Below, piece after piece: positions 45,716-55,996 of a DNA stretch of 64,000 nucleotides. How positions within the stretch are numbered: the stretch's first letter is position 1; each line of letters starts with the position of its first letter. The stretch spans positions 8,426 to 72,425 of the forward strand of contig CALWRH010000008.1 of assembly GCA_944383895.1 (NCBI GenBank), in the 5' to 3' direction. Source of the stretch: an uncultured Christensenellaceae bacterium (lineage in GTDB: Bacteria; Bacillota; Clostridia; Christensenellales; UBA3700). Both the position numbers and the translations under genes were made by a program. The notes under the pieces were generated by a model. It saw only the letters and a list, made by a program, of their open reading frames with translations. It did no database searches and was not told the DNA's origin.

Positions 45716-47103
45716 TGGCAAAAATGTGGCAAGGAAGGTTTTCAAAGGAACTCGACGAGAAAGTCAACGACTTCAACAGTTCGATTTCCTTTGACAGCCG
45801 CATGTATAAAGAAGACATATCGGGCAGTATCATACACGTCACGATGCTCGGCAAAAAGGGCATTATATCAGAAGAAGACAGCCGCCTGATCGCAAAAGAG
45901 CTTTCCGCTATCTATGAAGAAATAGAGAGCGGAAAACTTGCGTTTGACCCGACGGCGGAAGACATACACATGTTCATCGAGTCGGTACTCACTGAAAGAC
46001 TCGGAGAGGTGGGCAAAAGACTGCATACCGCGCGTTCGAGAAACGACCAGGTCGCGCTCGATCTCAGGATGTATCTGAGAGGACAGATAGACGTTATCGT
46101 AGGTCTTATAAAATCGCTGATAAAGGTCCTCGTGAAAAGAGCGGAAGAAAATCTCGATACCGTCATGCCGGGATATACGCATCTCCAAAGGGCGCAACCG
46201 ATCACGTTTGCGCATCATCTCATGGCTTACGTCGAGATGTTCAAACGCGATATGGTGAGGATGTTCAACTGCTTTTCGCTCATGAACGAGTGCCCGCTCG
46301 GTTCGGGTGCGCTGGCGACTACGACTTACCCTATCGACAGAGAGTTCACGGCAAAACATCTCGGGTTTGACAATCCGATGTATAACAGCCTGGACGGCGT
46401 CAGCGACAGGGATTACGTCATTGAGCTTGCAAACGCGATCGCGATCTGTATGATGCACCTTTCCAGACTTTCCGAGGAGGTAGTGCTCTGGAGCAGCTGG
46501 GAGTTCAAGTTCATAGAACTTGACGACGCTTATGCGACGGGATCGAGCATAATGCCGCAAAAGAAGAATCCCGACATCTGCGAGCTTATCCGCGGCAAGA
46601 CGGGGCGCGTACAGGGCAACCTTACGACTCTTCTCACTATGATGAAAGGACTGCCGCTTGCATACAACAAGGATATGCAGGAGGACAAAGAGGCGATATT
46701 CGACAGCGTAGACACAATAAAGCTGTGTCTTTCCACGATCGCGCCTATGCTCGACACGATGACAGTTAATAAAGAAAACATGAGAAAAGCGGGGCAGAAA
46801 GGCTTTATAAACGCTACCGATTGCGCCGACTATCTCGTCAAGAAAGGACTTGCTTTCCGCGACGCTTACAAGATCGTCGGCACACTAGTCGGAATTTGCG
46901 TCGAAAAGGGTACAACGCTTGACAAACTCGACATTGCCGAGTATAAAAAGATATGCGAAGTATTCGAAGAAGACGTCTACGAGGCGATAGATCTCGCGAC
47001 TTGCGTCAAAGGACGCAACGTGACGGGAGGACCTGCGCCCGAGGCAGTCGCAAAGCATATAGAACTTATCAAAAATACCGTTCTCAAAGAGGAGCAACAA
47101 TGA
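45715..47103 (+). CDS. argH: argininosuccinate lyase
   Basis: MWQGRFSK N-terminus and the fumarate-lyase signature GSSIMPQKKNPD. Confidence 0.95.
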   Translation: MAKMWQGRFSKELDEKVNDFNSSISFDSRMYKEDISGSIIHVTMLGKKGIISEEDSRLIAKELSAIYEEIESGKLAFDPTAEDIHMFIESVLTERLGEVGKRLHTARSRNDQVALDLRMYLRGQIDVIVGLIKSLIKVLVKRAEENLDTVMPGYTHLQRAQPITFAHHLMAYVEMFKRDMVRMFNCFSLMNECPLGSGALATTTYPIDREFTAKHLGFDNPMYNSLDGVSDRDYVIELANAIAICMMHLSRLSEEVVLWSSWEFKFIELDDAYATGSSIMPQKKNPDICELIRGKTGRVQGNLTTLLTMMKGLPLAYNKDMQEDKEAIFDSVDTIKLCLSTIAPMLDTMTVNKENMRKAGQKGFINATDCADYLVKKGLAFRDAYKIVGTLVGICVEKGTTLDKLDIAEYKKICEVFEEDVYEAIDLATCVKGRNVTGGPAPEAVAKHIELIKNTVLKEEQQ

Positions 47104-48134
47104 TAAAAGCAGGAATAGTAGGAGCGACGGGCTATGCTGGAGTCGAACTCGTAAGACTTTTGCAGTCGCATCCTCAGGTCGAAATCGCAGGCATAAGTTC
47201 TGTGAGCTACGAAGGCAAGAGCATAAGCGAAGTATATCCCAATCTCTATGAGATATGCGACGATACTCTCGAGTCCGAAGACAAGCTCATAGACAAATGC
47301 GACGTCATTTTTGCTTCGCTGCCGCACGGACTCAGCGAAAAACTCGCGAAAAAATGCGTTGCCGCAGGCGTAAAACTCATAGACCTCGGCGCGGATTTCA
47401 GACTTGACAGCGAAGAGGAATATCAGAAGTGGTATAAAAAATCTTACGAAGAAAAGGATCTGCACGAGAAGAGCGTATACGTTATACCAGAACTCATGCG
47501 CGCGCAATATAAAGGACAGCCCATCATCGGCAATCCCGGTTGCTATCCTACGAGCATTGCGCTCGGTCTTGCTCCGCTCATGCAGAGCGGAGTCGTCAAG
47601 GACGAAGGCATAGTCATAGACAGCAAGTCAGGCGTTACGGGTGCAGGCAGAGGTCTTGCGGACAACACGCATTATCCCAACTGCAACGAGGCTTTTTCTC
47701 CGTACAAGATAGCGTCTCACAGACATACGCCCGAGATAGAGCAGACGCTTTCAAAGCTTGCGGGAAAGCAGATAAGAGTTACTTTCGTGCCTCATCTGCT
47801 GCCTGTGAACAGAGGTATAATATCTACTATCTATGCGTCGCTCACCGCGGAGATAAGCGCAGAAGAGCTGCACGCATTATACGATAAATTTTATGCGCGC
47901 GAGAAATTCGTCCGCGTACTGCCGCTCGGCAAAGTGGCAAATCTTCGCGACGTGAAGATGAGCAACTATTGCGATATTTCCGTACATGCCGACGGACACA
48001 CGGGCAGAGCTATCATAGTTGCCGCGATAGACAATATGGTCAAAGGCGCGGCAGGTCAGGCAATACAGAATATGAACATAATGTTCGGATTGAAGGAGGA
48101 TTGCGGATTGGATTTCGTTCCGCCCGCATTTTAA
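47100..48134 (+). CDS. argC: N-acetyl-gamma-glutamyl-phosphate reductase
   Basis: MIKAGIVGATGYAGVELVRLL and active-site GNPGCYPT. ATGA overlap with argH. Confidence 0.95.
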   Translation: MIKAGIVGATGYAGVELVRLLQSHPQVEIAGISSVSYEGKSISEVYPNLYEICDDTLESEDKLIDKCDVIFASLPHGLSEKLAKKCVAAGVKLIDLGADFRLDSEEEYQKWYKKSYEEKDLHEKSVYVIPELMRAQYKGQPIIGNPGCYPTSIALGLAPLMQSGVVKDEGIVIDSKSGVTGAGRGLADNTHYPNCNEAFSPYKIASHRHTPEIEQTLSKLAGKQIRVTFVPHLLPVNRGIISTIYASLTAEISAEELHALYDKFYAREKFVRVLPLGKVANLRDVKMSNYCDISVHADGHTGRAIIVAAIDNMVKGAAGQAIQNMNIMFGLKEDCGLDFVPPAF

Positions 48135-48135
48135 G

Positions 48136-49353
48136 ATGAAAGACGTACTCGGAGGAATCTGCGCGCCCAAAGGTTTCAAGGCAAGCGGCGTGCATTGCGG
48201 AATAAGAAAGAATAAACAAAAGCGCGATCTCGCGCTGATAGTCAGCGACGTCAGAGGTACGGCGGCGGCTGTGTATACGACAAACAAGGTCAAGGGCGCG
48301 CCTATCGCGGTCACGAGATCGAACATCGCAGACGGATATGCTCAGGCTGTGATATGCAACAGCGGCAACGCGAATACCTGCAACGCCGACGGTGAAGAAA
48401 AGGCAAAGGCTATGTGCCTTCTCGCCGAAAAATACGCAGGCGTAAACGCAAAAGACGTCATCGTCGCGTCAACGGGCGTCATAGGACAGATCTTGCCGAT
48501 AGAGCCTATACAGGACGGCATGAGCGCGCTTGTCGACGGTCTTTCTGCCGAAGGTTCGTCAAACGCGGCGGAGGCGATAATGACTACCGATACGGTAAAG
48601 AAGGAATTCTCCTGCGAGTTTACCGTAGGAGGAAGAGTCTGCCGCCTCGGCGCTATCGCAAAAGGCAGCGGTATGATACATCCGAATATGGCGACTTTGC
48701 TGTGTTTCCTTACGACAGATGCGGCCATCGCTCCCGAAGTTCTGCACACCGCGCTTTACGACGTCATACAGGACACTCTCAATATGGTCAGCATAGACGG
48801 AGATACGTCCACAAACGATATGGTATCCGTAATAGCCAACGGCTTAGCGGGCAACGGGCTTATCAGCAAGGCAGAAGGAGCAGATTACGAAGAATTTTAC
48901 TCTGCGCTCATGTACATTATGACCAAGGTTTCGCGCGCTATCGCAAAAGACGGTGAGGGTGCGACAAGACTTATGGAGTGCAAGGTCAAAGGCGCAAAGG
49001 ATAAAAAGACCGCAAAGATAATCGCAAAGAGCGTTATCTGCAGCAGCCTTCTCAAAGCGGCTATATTCGCTGCCGACGCAAATTGGGGAAGAATACTGTG
49101 CGCGATAGGTTATGCAGACGCGCAGTTCGATATAAACAAGATAGACGTCGATCTGTCGTCGGAAAAGGGAGTCGTTGCGGTTTGCAGAAACGGTAACGGC
49201 GTAGAATTCAGCGAAGAAGAGGCAAAGAAAGTTCTTTCCGAAGACGAAATCTGTATCGACGTATATTGCAACGACGGCGACGCCGAGGCTGTCGCTTGGG
49301 GTTGCGACCTGACGTACGATTACGTTAGAATAAACGCGGATTACAGAACCTGA
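48136..49353 (+). CDS. argJ: ornithine acetyltransferase / N-acetylglutamate synthase
   Basis: Autoprocessing site HPNMATLLCFLTTD; 405 aa. Confidence 0.95.
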   Translation: MKDVLGGICAPKGFKASGVHCGIRKNKQKRDLALIVSDVRGTAAAVYTTNKVKGAPIAVTRSNIADGYAQAVICNSGNANTCNADGEEKAKAMCLLAEKYAGVNAKDVIVASTGVIGQILPIEPIQDGMSALVDGLSAEGSSNAAEAIMTTDTVKKEFSCEFTVGGRVCRLGAIAKGSGMIHPNMATLLCFLTTDAAIAPEVLHTALYDVIQDTLNMVSIDGDTSTNDMVSVIANGLAGNGLISKAEGADYEEFYSALMYIMTKVSRAIAKDGEGATRLMECKVKGAKDKKTAKIIAKSVICSSLLKAAIFAADANWGRILCAIGYADAQFDINKIDVDLSSEKGVVAVCRNGNGVEFSEEEAKKVLSEDEICIDVYCNDGDAEAVAWGCDLTYDYVRINADYRT

Positions 49354-49360
49354 GGTGAGT

Positions 49361-50212
49361 ATGGATATTTCTATCAAGGCACAGATATTAAGCGACGCAA
49401 TGCCGTATATTCAGAAATACTACGATAAGATAGTCGTAGTCAAATACGGCGGCAACGCTATGCTCAACGAGGAGTTGAAAAACGCGGTAATGCGCGATAT
49501 AGTCATGCTTTCGCTTATCGGCGTAAGAGTCGTGCTCGTGCACGGCGGCGGTCCGGAAATAAGCGATATGCTTAAACGCGTAGGAAAAGAAAGCAAGTTT
49601 ATAGGCGGATTGCGTTATACGGACGAAGAGACCGCTGAGATAGTGCAGATGGTCCTTGCGGGAAAGATTAACAAGAACTTAGTCGGTATGCTTACGCGTC
49701 ACGGAGGTAAGGCTCTCGGTTTCTGCGGTATAGACGGCAATATGTTCGTTTGCAAAAAAGCAAAGGGCGAACACGATCTCGGCTACGTCGGAGAGATAAC
49801 AGAAGTCAACGCGGATCCTGTGCTCGACGCGCTGGACAACGGATATATACCCGTAGTAGCAAGCGTTTCTTCAGACAGCGAAGGCAATATATATAACGTA
49901 AACGCAGATACGGCGGCGGCGAGGATAGCTGCGGCTCTTCAGGCGGAAAACCTTATCCTCATGACGGATATAAGAGGTCTTCTGATGGACAAGAACGACG
50001 AAAATACGCTTATAGGCGAAGTAAACGTAAGCGACGTTCCGTCACTCAAGAAAAAAGGCATAATAAGCGGCGGCATGATACCCAAAGTGGATTGCTGCGT
50101 AGAGGCTGTAAGACGCGGCGTCAAGCAGTCGATCATAATAGACGGCAGGATACCGCACGCGATACTTATCGACATGCTGACGAGCGAAGGCGTAGGCACG
50201 CTTTTCAAATAA
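49361..50212 (+). CDS. argB: acetylglutamate kinase
   Basis: IVVVKYGGNAM, VLVHGGGPEI. Confidence 0.95.
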   Translation: MDISIKAQILSDAMPYIQKYYDKIVVVKYGGNAMLNEELKNAVMRDIVMLSLIGVRVVLVHGGGPEISDMLKRVGKESKFIGGLRYTDEETAEIVQMVLAGKINKNLVGMLTRHGGKALGFCGIDGNMFVCKKAKGEHDLGYVGEITEVNADPVLDALDNGYIPVVASVSSDSEGNIYNVNADTAAARIAAALQAENLILMTDIRGLLMDKNDENTLIGEVNVSDVPSLKKKGIISGGMIPKVDCCVEAVRRGVKQSIIIDGRIPHAILIDMLTSEGVGTLFK

Positions 50213-50216
50213 GACT

Positions 50217-51380
50217 ATGGATATAAAGGCGACTGACAAAGAATATGTAATGGGCACATACAACCGTTTCGATCTGCTGATAGTGGCGGGCGAGGGTTGC
50301 TATTGCTATGACGAGAAAGGTAAACGCTATACCGACCTGACGAGCGGGATAGGCGTCAACTGCCTCGGATATTGCGACGCAAAATGGGCTGACGCCGTTG
50401 CGAAACAGGCTCACACTCTGAACCACACTTCAAATCTTTATTACACTGAGCCTTGCGTAAAACTCGCAAAAGCTCTTTGCGAAAGGACGGGAGCGGCAAA
50501 ATTGTTTTTTGCCAACAGCGGTGCGGAGGCGAACGAAGGCGCGATAAAGGTTGCCCGCAAATATTCTTACGACAAATACGGCAGCGGAAGGAATACCGTG
50601 ATTACGCTCAAGAATTCCTTTCACGGCAGGACGATAACTACGCTGGCGGCGACGGGACAGGACGTGTTCCACAACTATTTCTTCCCGTTTACCGAAGGTT
50701 TCAGATACGTTGAGAGCGGAAACATCAAGGCTCTCAAAGACGAGATCGACGATACCGTATGCGCCGTTATGATAGAATTCATACAGGGCGAGGGCGGCGT
50801 TATAGCGCAGGATAAAGACTACGTCAAAGCAGTCAGGGAACTTTGCGACGAAAAGGATATACTTCTCATTGCAGACGAAGTTCAGACGGGCGTAGGCAGG
50901 ACGGGAACCTTCCTTGCGAGCGAGAATTACGACGTTAAGCCCGACATCACAACTTTTGCTAAAGGTCTCGGCGGAGGATTGCCGATAGGAGCTGTCGCAG
51001 TTTACGGCAAACTCAGGGACGTAATGGGATTTTCGTCGCACGGCAGTACTTTCGGAGGTAACCCCGTGGTCTGCGCGGGTGCACTCGAGGTCATGGACAG
51101 ACTCGACGACGCTTTTCTCGCGGAAGTTAGGAAAAAAGGCGACTTCGTGCGCAAAAAACTCGAAGGCGCGAAAGGAATAGAGAGCGTCAGCGGGCTCGGA
51201 CTTATGATAGGAGTAAAGCCGTCAGAGAAAAAGGCGTCCGACGTAGTCAGAGAAGGCATAAATCGCGGAGTGCTGATGCTTACGGCAAAGGATAAGATAA
51301 GACTGTTGCCCCCGCTTACAATAACCGAAAAACAATTGGACGAGGCGCTTGACGTATTGCTTGCAATCCTCGCTGAATAA
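50217..51380 (+). CDS. argD: acetylornithine aminotransferase
   Basis: Class-III aminotransferase: SGAEANEGAIK, LIADEVQTGVGRTG, PLP-Lys TFAKGLGGG. Confidence 0.95.
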   Translation: MDIKATDKEYVMGTYNRFDLLIVAGEGCYCYDEKGKRYTDLTSGIGVNCLGYCDAKWADAVAKQAHTLNHTSNLYYTEPCVKLAKALCERTGAAKLFFANSGAEANEGAIKVARKYSYDKYGSGRNTVITLKNSFHGRTITTLAATGQDVFHNYFFPFTEGFRYVESGNIKALKDEIDDTVCAVMIEFIQGEGGVIAQDKDYVKAVRELCDEKDILLIADEVQTGVGRTGTFLASENYDVKPDITTFAKGLGGGLPIGAVAVYGKLRDVMGFSSHGSTFGGNPVVCAGALEVMDRLDDAFLAEVRKKGDFVRKKLEGAKGIESVSGLGLMIGVKPSEKKASDVVREGINRGVLMLTAKDKIRLLPPLTITEKQLDEALDVLLAILAE

Positions 51381-51390
51381 AAGGAGAATT

Positions 51391-52293
51391 ATGAAACATT
51401 TACTCAAAATGCTCGATCTCAGCAAAGAAGAGATTTTTTCTATACTAAACCTTGCAGACCAGCTCAAATTCAATCAGAAACACAATATTCCGCACAAGCA
51501 TCTCGAAGGAAAGACGCTCGGCATGATTTTCCAGAAGGCGTCTACGAGAACGAGGGTATCTTTCGAAACGGGTATGTATCAGCTGGGCGGACAGGCGCTT
51601 TTCCTCTCTTCAAACGATCTTCAGATTGGCAGAGGAGAGCCCGTGCAGGATACTGCGCGCGTGCTTTCGAGATATCTCGACGGTATTATGATAAGGACCT
51701 TTGCGCAGAAAGAGGTAGAAGATCTCGCAAAATACGGTTCTATACCGATAATCAACGGACTTACCGATTTTGCGCATCCTTGTCAGGTTCTTGCCGATCT
51801 CATGACGATAAGAGAATACAAGGGGGCTTTCGACACTCTTAAATTCTGTTATATCGGCGACGGCAACAATATGGCGAATTCGCTTGCGGTCGGCTGCCTG
51901 AAAATGGGTATGAAGGTATCACTCGGCTGCCCGAAGGATTACGCTCCCGATAAACAGGTCCTTGATTTTGCAAAGGAATACGGCGACAAGTTCGAGCTTA
52001 CCGACGACATTTACGCGGCTGCTCAAGACGCTGACGTCATCTATACCGATGTCTGGGCGTCAATGGGTCAGGAAGGAGAGAGAGAGGCGAGAAAGAAGGC
52101 GTTCAAGGGCTACTGCGTGGATTCCAAACTCATGGCTGTTGCAAAACACGACGCTATGGTCATGCATTGCCTTCCCGCTCACAGAGGAGAGGAGATATCC
52201 GAAGAAGTGTTCGAATCTCACCCCGAGATTTTCGACGAGGCGGAAAACAGACTGCACGCACAGAAAGCGGTGCTCGTAAAACTTCTCGGCTGA
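51391..52293 (+). CDS. argF: ornithine carbamoyltransferase
   Basis: FQKASTRTRVSFE carbamoyl-phosphate motif and HCLPAHRGEE. SD AAGGAG upstream. Confidence 0.95.
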   Translation: MKHLLKMLDLSKEEIFSILNLADQLKFNQKHNIPHKHLEGKTLGMIFQKASTRTRVSFETGMYQLGGQALFLSSNDLQIGRGEPVQDTARVLSRYLDGIMIRTFAQKEVEDLAKYGSIPIINGLTDFAHPCQVLADLMTIREYKGAFDTLKFCYIGDGNNMANSLAVGCLKMGMKVSLGCPKDYAPDKQVLDFAKEYGDKFELTDDIYAAAQDADVIYTDVWASMGQEGEREARKKAFKGYCVDSKLMAVAKHDAMVMHCLPAHRGEEISEEVFESHPEIFDEAENRLHAQKAVLVKLLG

Positions 52294-52295
52294 AA

Positions 52296-52985
52296 ATGAT
52301 CTTCCTGAAAGAAATCGATAATAAAATTTATAAAGGTCTCAGACTTTGCAAGGCGGAACTTTCCGACTATTGCAAAGTCTTTGCTTTTCTCGACGGTTGC
52401 AGAAACGCGCTCGAAAAGATAGAATACTTTTATCCGTATACGGAAGAAGAGCTGAAAGCCGTGCTTGACAAGGGGCATTTTATGTGTGCTGTGGACGGAG
52501 AGGAGATCGTTGCGACTTGCGCCGTGGACCTCGATAAGAATTATGCCGTACAGCTTGCTGACGTGATACGCTCGTCGTCAGGCGGCAACGTGGACGTGGA
52601 CGAAGCTTACGAGGCGAGCGGACTAATGGTCAGGGAGGATCACAGAGGAGCAGGACTCGCGTCCTACATGCTTTCAGAGGCTGTAAAATACGCAGATAGC
52701 CTCGGAATAGACCTTTGCGGAGTTGTTTATTATCTGAATAAAGCGAGCATTGCGACGTTTTTCGGCAGACATTTTTTACTCAGCGGTATTTTTGAGCCTA
52801 TAAATGGCTATAAATTTGTATATTTATTAAAAAAATTCAATTTTCTCTGTTCAAACGTCCAAAGATATGATAAAATAGACATAAAGGAACTCGGAGAGCA
52901 AAAAGCCGCATTGCTAAAAGGTTTGCAGGGGGTTGCGCTCGACGGGGACACGGTACTTTATTCGGAAATGGGCCGCAAGGCTTAA
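52296..52985 (+). CDS. GNAT-family N-acetyltransferase, last gene of the arg operon
   Basis: 229 aa, starting 2 nt after the argF stop. Acetyl-CoA motif VREDHRGAGLASYML. Confidence 0.75.
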   Translation: MIFLKEIDNKIYKGLRLCKAELSDYCKVFAFLDGCRNALEKIEYFYPYTEEELKAVLDKGHFMCAVDGEEIVATCAVDLDKNYAVQLADVIRSSSGGNVDVDEAYEASGLMVREDHRGAGLASYMLSEAVKYADSLGIDLCGVVYYLNKASIATFFGRHFLLSGIFEPINGYKFVYLLKKFNFLCSNVQRYDKIDIKELGEQKAALLKGLQGVALDGDTVLYSEMGRKA

Positions 52986-53030
52986 ATAAAACAAGTGGGC
53001 GATATTATATAAGCCCGAGGAGGAAATTGT

Positions 53031-53300
53031 ATGAATAAAAGTGAATTGATTGCTGCTGTCGCAGAAAATGCCGGTGTAACCAAAGAGGTTGCAGGTAAGT
53101 GCCTCGACGGAGTTATCGCAGCTGTTGCAGACGCTCTCAAGAACGGTGAAGAAGTCGCTCTTGCAGGTTTCGGAAAGTTCGAAGTAAAAGAGAGAGCTGA
53201 AAGACAGGGCGTAAATCCCGCTACCGGCGAAAAGATCACGATCGCGGCAAGCAAGGCTGTTTCTTTCAAGGCAGGAAAGTCTCTTAAGGACAGTTTGTAA
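53031..53300 (+). CDS. hup: DNA-binding protein HU
   Basis: MNKSELIAAVAE...GFGKFEVKERAERQGVNPATGEKITI is canonical HU; 89 aa; SD GGAGGA. Confidence 0.95.
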   Translation: MNKSELIAAVAENAGVTKEVAGKCLDGVIAAVADALKNGEEVALAGFGKFEVKERAERQGVNPATGEKITIAASKAVSFKAGKSLKDSL

Positions 53301-53312
53301 GATTTACTTAAC

Positions 53313-53350
53313 TAAAAAAATCGGAGAGCTTCAGGCTCTCCTATTTTTTT
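53313..53350 (+). terminator. rho-independent terminator
   Basis: GGAGAGC-TTCAG-GCTCTCC followed by TATTTTTTTG. Confidence 0.85.
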
Positions 53351-53580
53351 GCTGTCAGGTATAATTATACGCATAAATTTGTGATCGGGTAAAGATACTG
53401 TGCTGCGTCTTAAAAGGAATAAAAAATCGCTTATTTGCACATCCGTTTATAGGGGAGTCCCGGCTGAAAGGCCATTGTTTCCGACAGACGGTAAAAAGTG
53501 CGGATCTGTGGTAAATAAAAAGAGCGTTTACAGACAAAACACAATATGTTGTTTTTACAAAAATTAGCATATACAAAATG

Positions 53581-53609
53581 TTGCATTTTACTGCGGGCTA
53601 TGATACAAT
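53581..53609 (+). promoter_or_regulatory. pfl promoter
   Basis: TTGCAT (53581-53586), 17 nt, TACAAT (53604-53609). Confidence 0.55.
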
Positions 53610-53629
53610 GACATTGCAATATAGAGAGG

Positions 53630-53702
53630 TAGCTGTGCGACTGACGGATATACATAGGTAACTATGGTGGAGCACAGCGGTTTATGTCGACCGTCTGGGC
53701 AA
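53630..53702 (+). promoter_or_regulatory. ZTP riboswitch aptamer (pfl motif)
   Basis: GCUGUGC-GACUGACGG-...CAUAGGUAACUAUG...GGAGCACAGC, a linker, then CGACCGUCUGGGCA. The conserved GACUGACGG and CCGUCUGGGC blocks and the P1/P2 pairings fit the pfl-motif architecture as I recall it. It lies directly upstream of pflB. Confidence 0.85.
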
Positions 53703-53737
53703 AAATCTACAAATCGTCCCGGCGGTATTTTTATTTT
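53689..53737 (+). terminator. riboswitch expression-platform terminator
   Basis: ACCGTC(T)GGG (53690-53699) pairs with CCCGGCGGT (53718-53726), followed by ATTTTTATTTT. The 5' arm overlaps the aptamer's 3' conserved block. Confidence 0.75.
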
Positions 53738-53759
53738 CAGGGACAAAGGAGAAAATTTT

Positions 53760-55985
53760 ATGAACAACGAGTGGCAGGGTTTCAAGAAGGGAAACTGGTG
53801 CAAGAAGATCGACGTCAGAGACTTCATCGTCAAAAACTATACCCCTTATACGGGCGACAAGTCGTTTTTGGCTGGTCCTACTAAAAGAACGTCTGAAGTA
53901 AAAGCCAAAGTCGACGATCTTCTCGTCAAAGAGGCTGAAAAAGGCGTACTCGACGTGGATACAGAAAACGTCGCGTCCATACTTTCTTTTGCACCCGGAT
54001 ATATAGATAAGGATAAGGATATTATCGTAGGTCTTCAGACAGACGCTCCTCTCAAGCGTGCGATCAATCCGTTCGCAGGTAAGAGGATGTGCGAAAAGGC
54101 ATGCGAGGCTTACGGATACGAGATGTCGGACAAGATCAGATCTGAATTCAGATACCGCACCACGCACAACGACGGCGTGTTCAGGGTATATACGGACGAG
54201 ATGAGAGCCGCAAGACACGTCGGCGTCATTACGGGCCTTCCCGACGCATACGCGAGAGGCAGAATTATCGGCGATTACCGCAGGATCGCGCTTTACGGTA
54301 TGGATTACCTTATCGAGTGCAAGAAGGCGGACAAAAAAGAGCTGGGCAAAAACGACATGACGGCAGAAAATATCCAGCTTATCGAAGACGTTCAGAAACA
54401 GCTCGAATTCATGAGCGCGCTCAAAGAAATGGCTGCGCAGTACGGTTATGACATATCCCGTCCCGCTGCGAACGCGAGAGAGGCAGTTCAGTGGCTGTAC
54501 TTCGGTTATCTCGGCGCTGTAAAGGAGCAGAACGGTGCGGCAAACTCTATCGGCAGGATTTCTACCTTCCTTGATATTTATATCGAACGCGATCTGAAGA
54601 ACGGAACGCTTACAGAAGAAGGCGCGCAGGAGCTCATCGACGATCTCGTACTCAAGCTGAGACTCGTAAGACATCTGCGTACCCCCGAATACAACGACCT
54701 GTTCGCAGGCGATCCGACCTGGGTCACCACGTCCGAAGGCGGTATGTGCGTGGACGGCAGACCTATGGTCACCAAAAACTGTTTCAGAATTCTGCAGACG
54801 CTCTACAATCTCGGCAGCAGTGCAGAGCCCAATATCACTATTTTGTGGGCTAAAGACCTCCCGCAGGGATTCAAGAATTTCTGTGCGCAGGTTTCGGTCG
54901 ATACCGACTCTATACAGTACGAAAATGACGACGTCATGCGTCCGTTGTTCGGCGACGATTACGCTATCGCATGCTGCGTTTCAGCAATGAAAGTCGGCAA
55001 GCAGATGCAGTTCTTCGGCGCGAGATGCAACCTTGCAAAAGTACTTCTCATGGCGCTCAACGGCGGTAAGGACGAGATATACGGCATACAGGTCGCTCCG
55101 GAAGGAAAGGTATTCGACGAGGGCGTGCTCGATTACGAACAGGTGCTCAAAGCATACAAGAAGTATATGAAGTGGATGGCGAAACTCTACGTCAATACGC
55201 TCAACATAATCCACTATATGCACGACAAATACGCTTACGAAAGACTCATGATGAGCTTGCACGATACTGAGGTCGAAAGACTTATGGCGTTCGGTGTTTG
55301 CGGACTCAGCGTGCTTGCGGACAGCCTGAGCGCGATCAAATACGCTAAGGTCAGAGCTATCAAGGACGAGCGCGGTCTTATCACGGATTTCGAAACCGTA
55401 GGAGATTTCCCCAAATACGGCAACGACGACGACAGAGTAGACAAGATCGCTCAGTGGATAGTCGAGAGTTTCTATAAAGAGCTTGTCAAGACTCCGACAT
55501 ACAGAGGTGCAAAGCATACGCTCTCCATCCTCACCATCACGTCCAACGTCGTTTACGGCAAAAAGACGGGCTCCACTCCCGACGGAAGAAAACGCGGAGA
55601 GCCGTTTGCTCCGGGCGCAAACCCGATGCATGGCAGGGATTGCGAAGGTGCGCTTGCAAGCCTTAACTCGGTCGCTAAGCTCAGATATTCGTGCTGTCAG
55701 GACGGTATTTCCAATACCTTCTCGATCACTCCCGACACACTCGGAGAAAACGAAGAAGACAGGATCGCAAAACTGACAACGATGCTTGACGGTTATTTCG
55801 CTCAGGATGCTCACCACCTCAACGTCAACGTTTTGCAAAGACAGAAACTCATCGACGCAATGAACAATCCGTCTTTGTATCCCAACCTGACGATAAGAGT
55901 CAGCGGCTATGCGGTCAACTTCAACAAACTGAACAAGAATCAGCAGCAAGAAGTTATCAACCGTACCTTCCACGAAAAGTTCTGA
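53760..55985 (+). CDS. pflB: pyruvate formate-lyase (formate C-acetyltransferase)
   Basis: Active-site IACCVSA and glycyl radical [11 protein letters not shown]. 741 aa from the ATG at 53760 with SD AAGGAG. The track's 53664 start overlaps the riboswitch. Confidence 0.97.
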   Translation: MNNEWQGFKKGNWCKKIDVRDFIVKNYTPYTGDKSFLAGPTKRTSEVKAKVDDLLVKEAEKGVLDVDTENVASILSFAPGYIDKDKDIIVGLQTDAPLKRAINPFAGKRMCEKACEAYGYEMSDKIRSEFRYRTTHNDGVFRVYTDEMRAARHVGVITGLPDAYARGRIIGDYRRIALYGMDYLIECKKADKKELGKNDMTAENIQLIEDVQKQLEFMSALKEMAAQYGYDISRPAANAREAVQWLYFGYLGAVKEQNGAANSIGRISTFLDIYIERDLKNGTLTEEGAQELIDDLVLKLRLVRHLRTPEYNDLFAGDPTWVTTSEGGMCVDGRPMVTKNCFRILQTLYNLGSSAEPNITILWAKDLPQGFKNFCAQVSVDTDSIQYENDDVMRPLFGDDYAIACCVSAMKVGKQMQFFGARCNLAKVLLMALNGGKDEIYGIQVAPEGKVFDEGVLDYEQVLKAYKKYMKWMAKLYVNTLNIIHYMHDKYAYERLMMSLHDTEVERLMAFGVCGLSVLADSLSAIKYAKVRAIKDERGLITDFETVGDFPKYGNDDDRVDKIAQWIVESFYKELVKTPTYRGAKHTLSILTITSNVVYGKKTGSTPDGRKRGEPFAPGANPMHGRDCEGALASLNSVAKLRYSCCQDGISNTFSITPDTLGENEEDRIAKLTTMLDGYFAQDAHHLNVNVLQRQKLIDAMNNPSLYPNLTIRVSGYAVNFNKLNKNQQQEVINRTFHEKF

Positions 55986-55996
55986 TAAGAAAAGAC

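Noticed and set aside
53452-53475. GGGGAGT resembling the start of the yybP-ykoY (Mn2+) riboswitch
   Set aside because: Only seven nucleotides match. There is no four-way-junction partner sequence, and the downstream gene already has its own promoter and ZTP riboswitch.
53547-53562. AACACAATATGTTGTT, an NrdR-box-like palindrome in the pfl upstream region
   Set aside because: It is one base short of the 16-bp box, it is a single copy, and it is not next to an RNR gene.
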